A DNA stretch of 41,049 nucleotides from Vicugna vicugna (taxonomy: Eukaryota), in assembly GCA_013265495.1 (NCBI GenBank), contig MU058711.1:1-41049 (forward strand), given 5' to 3'. The position numbers and the translations under genes are program-made. Below the pieces are notes generated by a model. The model was not told the origin of the DNA and made no database searches. It worked only from the letters and a program-made list of their open reading frames with translations. Numbering within the stretch: position 1 is the first letter of the stretch; each line of letters begins with the position of its first letter. Shown here piece by piece: positions 37,731-41,049 of the stretch.

Positions 37731-38590
37731 TAGTACTGTTGACTGCCCACTGCATGACAGTCATGTCTGACAGTCTTCTCCCTACACTCTTCTCACATCT
37801 TTGGCTTTGACTTCATAATGTTTTTCCTCTCACCTGATAGGACCCGTGATCTTGTCAATCCAAGGGTGGCCATCCTCCAAAACTCCACATTAGTCTACCT
37901 TTCCCAGTCATGACTCACTGATTTCCTTGTCTGAATTTTTGTCTTAGTAATTTCATTTGGGGATAATATAGGACTTCAGATAAGAAATGGGTTTTCGAGG
38001 ATATGTAGAATTTTATCCCACAGATGTTCAATCAGTATTTTTTGGACATATTGACTGAAGATTTTGACATTGTATAGCTTGCATGAAGGTAAAGCAGATA
38101 AAGTGGAGGCATTTTTCTTAGAGCATTTCTAAAGCCTTTTTTCATTTGAAATTTTAACTTTCCTCAGTTGGATTCATAGGACAGCCTGTTTTATTTCTGG
38201 AGGGCAGCTACATTTCATAGAATGTTAGGACAATAGGATTTGGCGTCTATATACAAAGTGTTTTCCATTTCTTAATTGCAGTGTAGTAGCTGGTCCGTTT
38301 TAGATTTTATTCTAATTGTAATTAGTCATTATAGTAGCTATAAATTTTATCTTAAAATGACAAGTTTCACTTTTCCTTTAGCTTGTGACATCTTTTCCTA
38401 TCATCAGGATTGATGTTCTCAAGATATGTGTGTTACATCTTTAATTCATTATCATACTGTGTATAATGTAAAATGCCATAATTTAAAGCATATATTCTGA
38501 TCTAAAATTTAAAATATGATACCCTTGTAGTTACTGTTTATCAACAGGAAAACTGTTGGAGCCAGGTTTTTAAATGTCTGTTTGCTGCAG

Positions 38591-38662
38591 GTTCTGATTT
38601 TTCTGAGAGTTCTTTTCCATGAAATGAGCGTGAACAGTTGGCTCATGACCAACAGGATCATG
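38591..38662 (+). other. Candidate 72-nt second exon of the CpG-island gene (5'UTR-type, ends in ATG)
   Basis: Acceptor TGTCTGTTTGCTGCAG|G at 38590/38591; donor ATG|GTAGGC at 38662/38663; non-repetitive sequence; supported by splice signals only. Confidence 0.4.
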
Positions 38663-39794
38663 GTAGGCATCAGGAATGGGTTTAGGTGTATGGTTTTCGT
38701 GAAAGTTTAAAGCATAGCAATGCGGTTATTCCTCTAACTGCTTTACTTAGGTCAAGAAAGGAAAGCCTGTACTTGTATCATTTCTGTTGAATGCTCATGG
38801 AGTCATAATTTCAGACATTTGAGCAATTAATGCTTTCTGTAGATTTAGGATGTAAACTGTTACATACCAGTATGCTCAAAAGAAGTTGCTCTCCAGAGAT
38901 TATTCCCCAGTGATTAGCACAGCTGAAAGCGCGCAGGTGCATCGCTCTTGAGTAGTCTCCCAACCCTTTTATATTTTATAGACCTAACTGTTGCTAAGAT
39001 ATTATAGAAGGACTTAAATGTTGATCAAAAGAGAAGTGTAGAATGGTTTTGGTAGTGAAAAGAAAAAAAAATTTGTGAAGGCAGAAATCATTGGATCCAG
39101 CAAAAATGAGATGGTTTAGAGGATGATCTTTTCAACTGGATTTGGATCTTTTCTTCTTGGGACACACATGGGTGACACTGGCATATAGTCCATGCTCCCT
39201 TGCTTATACCTAGAGTTATGAAAAATTTTCAGTTCCTTTGCTATAATTCTGTCTTTTTCTCTATTTATGCCCCAAATCAAGTAAGTGATGCTTTAACTGC
39301 TGTTTGTTTAAGAAGTGAGTCACAAACTTCAGGTCCTTTTCTTTGGATACTCTTGACAACTAATACTATGATGGAGAACTACTGAGTTAAAAGGAAGATA
39401 GAGGGCTGAAAACAAGGAAGGTCAGTCAGCGAGATGGGAAAGAGTGGATGGCAAAGTCCAGGAAAAGGAGATCTCCAGCATCAGACTCTGAATGTCAGGT
39501 AAGAGAAAAACAAACATCCATCAACCAATCAACCCTTCTCCACATGCAGAGTGGATTTAGGGTAAAGTTTAAATTCATCTGCCTTTAAGCTTGAACTCCA
39601 GTATTTTTATATATGTTATTGAACACTGGAACTTACCTGATTCTCTTTTGCCTCTGGACCCTCTCGCTGCTTCATGTCTTTTGCTAGGAATGCCTGCCTT
39701 TCTCAGAGCCTGTATATCTTGATGGTATTCCTATGTGTGACTAGACCTAAAACTTCAGATTTTGGTTTTTACTCTGATGTTGTCTTGAGATCTC

Positions 39795-39870
39795 CCCAGA
39801 TATAAATTTTGCCACTAAAAAGCCATGTGACCTTGGGTAAATCCCTTGGTTTCTTTGTTACCTCCCCCAA
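39795..39870 (+). mobile_element. MIR core fragment
   Basis: TTGCCACTAAAAAGCCATGTGACCTTGGGTAAATC. Confidence 0.55.
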
Positions 39871-40474
39871 AGTACAAAATATAGAATCAGGGAGTTTTAT
39901 TAATTTTCTTTCTTGGAAGTTTTGACTTTTAAGACAATATGTATGTCCATAGTAGGCTGCCTTCTCCCCACACCTCACCCCAAATTATCAACCATTTAAT
40001 TTATCGTTTAGGCTTCCCTTCTAATTTTGCCTTTTAACTAGTTTATCTTTTCATGTTTCATTGGTGATACGAGTTTCATTCAGGAAGATGACTTAGCTTT
40101 TCAATAAATGTGTTTTAAGACTTCCAGTTAAAGAAGTGGCATTTCGCTGGCATTTGACTCTGCTCTCTACCACAGTATATGAAAATGAGAGTGAGTGTGA
40201 GTTTACAGTGTTTATGTTCAGACCCCCAGCTGCCTTCCCTCACCTCACTTTCAGGATGCTGGCCAGAGTTGAAGTGTCTCCTCTGAGGACTCTGACCAGC
40301 TCAAGGGAAAGGACCTAAAGGTTCTGACACTGTTTGCCAGAGGGGATATCCAAAGAGAGTGTCCCAGTCTGATCACCTGACAGTGGACTCTGTAGTCAGA
40401 AAGCCCTACATGTGAGTCTAGAATACTCTTCAGCTTATTTGTGTCCTATTTTTTCTCTCGTAATTAAAAAAATT

Positions 40475-41010
40475 GTTATAGCCTTATTAAAGCATAATTG
40501 ACATGTAATACACTGCACGTATTTAAAGTGAAAAAACTTGAGTTTTGATGTATAACTTTGAGTTTTGCAGTGAAACTCATCGTAATCACGTTTATGAACA
40601 CAGCCATCTCCCTAAAAATTTCCTTGTGCCTTTCTGTAATCTTCTTCCCTCCCTTCTCTCCCATCTCCTTCACTCAAGCAACCACTAATCTGCTTTCTGT
40701 CATTATAAAGTAATTTGAATTTCCTAGAGTTTTAGGTACATAGAATCATAAGTAATAAGTTCTCTTTTTGCCCAGCTTTCATTCAGCATATTTGAAATTT
40801 ATGCTGCATAAATTTAATAGATCAATTCTTATTGCTTATCAATGTATCATTGCATGAATATACCACAGTCTGTTTACCCATTTGCCGATTGATGGACAAC
40901 TTGGTGTCCAATAGCATGTAGTGTCTGTTCAGATATTTTGTTCAATATTCATTAGGTTGTTTGTCTTATTATTAAATTGTAGTTTCTTTATATATGCTAC
41001 ATGAGAAATA
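40475..41010 (-). mobile_element. Old L1 (L1MB-like) 3'UTR fragment
   Basis: TTATTAAAGCATAATTGACATGTAATACACTGCACGTATTTAAAGTG...GCAACCACTAATCTGCTTTCTGTCA...GAATATACCACAGTCTGTTTACCCATT...GATGGACA. Confidence 0.85.
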
Positions 41011-41049
41011 CTTGGGGCGCGCCCTGCGCGCCCCAGCCAACCCCCGCCC

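Noticed and set aside
29310..38662. Assigning a gene symbol to the CpG-island gene
   Set aside because: No recognisable coding exon lies in the window, so any name would be a guess.
1..41049. CRISPR arrays, operons, intact tRNA/rRNA genes or other prokaryote-type systems
   Set aside because: The sequence is clearly mammalian intronic/intergenic DNA; no regularly spaced repeats or complete structural RNA genes were seen.

Overview
Mammalian genomic DNA. The L1 subfamily style suggests a laurasiatherian, possibly a cetartiodactyl; I saw no primate, rodent, carnivore or ruminant SINEs. The only clear protein-coding segment is one 195-nt internal exon (3407-3601, +) encoding the first Sushi/CCP domain of CSMD3. 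About 25 kb of AT-rich, repeat-filled DNA follows: a near-full-length decayed L1, a 5'UTR-only L1 piece, a 3' L1 fragment with a TSD, LTR40-like and MLT1A-like solo LTRs, Tigger2/MER8-type MITEs, MIR and L2. At ~29.3-32.0 kb there is a strong housekeeping-type CpG island with CRE, CCAAT, GC-box and CLEAR/E-box motifs and several splice donors. It looks like the 5' end of a different gene, which I could not identify, and a candidate 72-nt second exon lies at 38591-38662. The main oddities are this promoter inside what should be a long CSMD3 intron and an abrupt AT-to-GC junction in the last ~40 bases; together they suggest a rearranged, duplicated or chimerically assembled locus. Small-scale highlights are a tailless tRNA-Met 5'-half retropseudogene with a 13-bp TSD and poly(A)-only retrotransposition footprints. 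Most ORF-track entries are L1 remnants or GC-rich spurious frames. I found no convincing novel multi-gene system.
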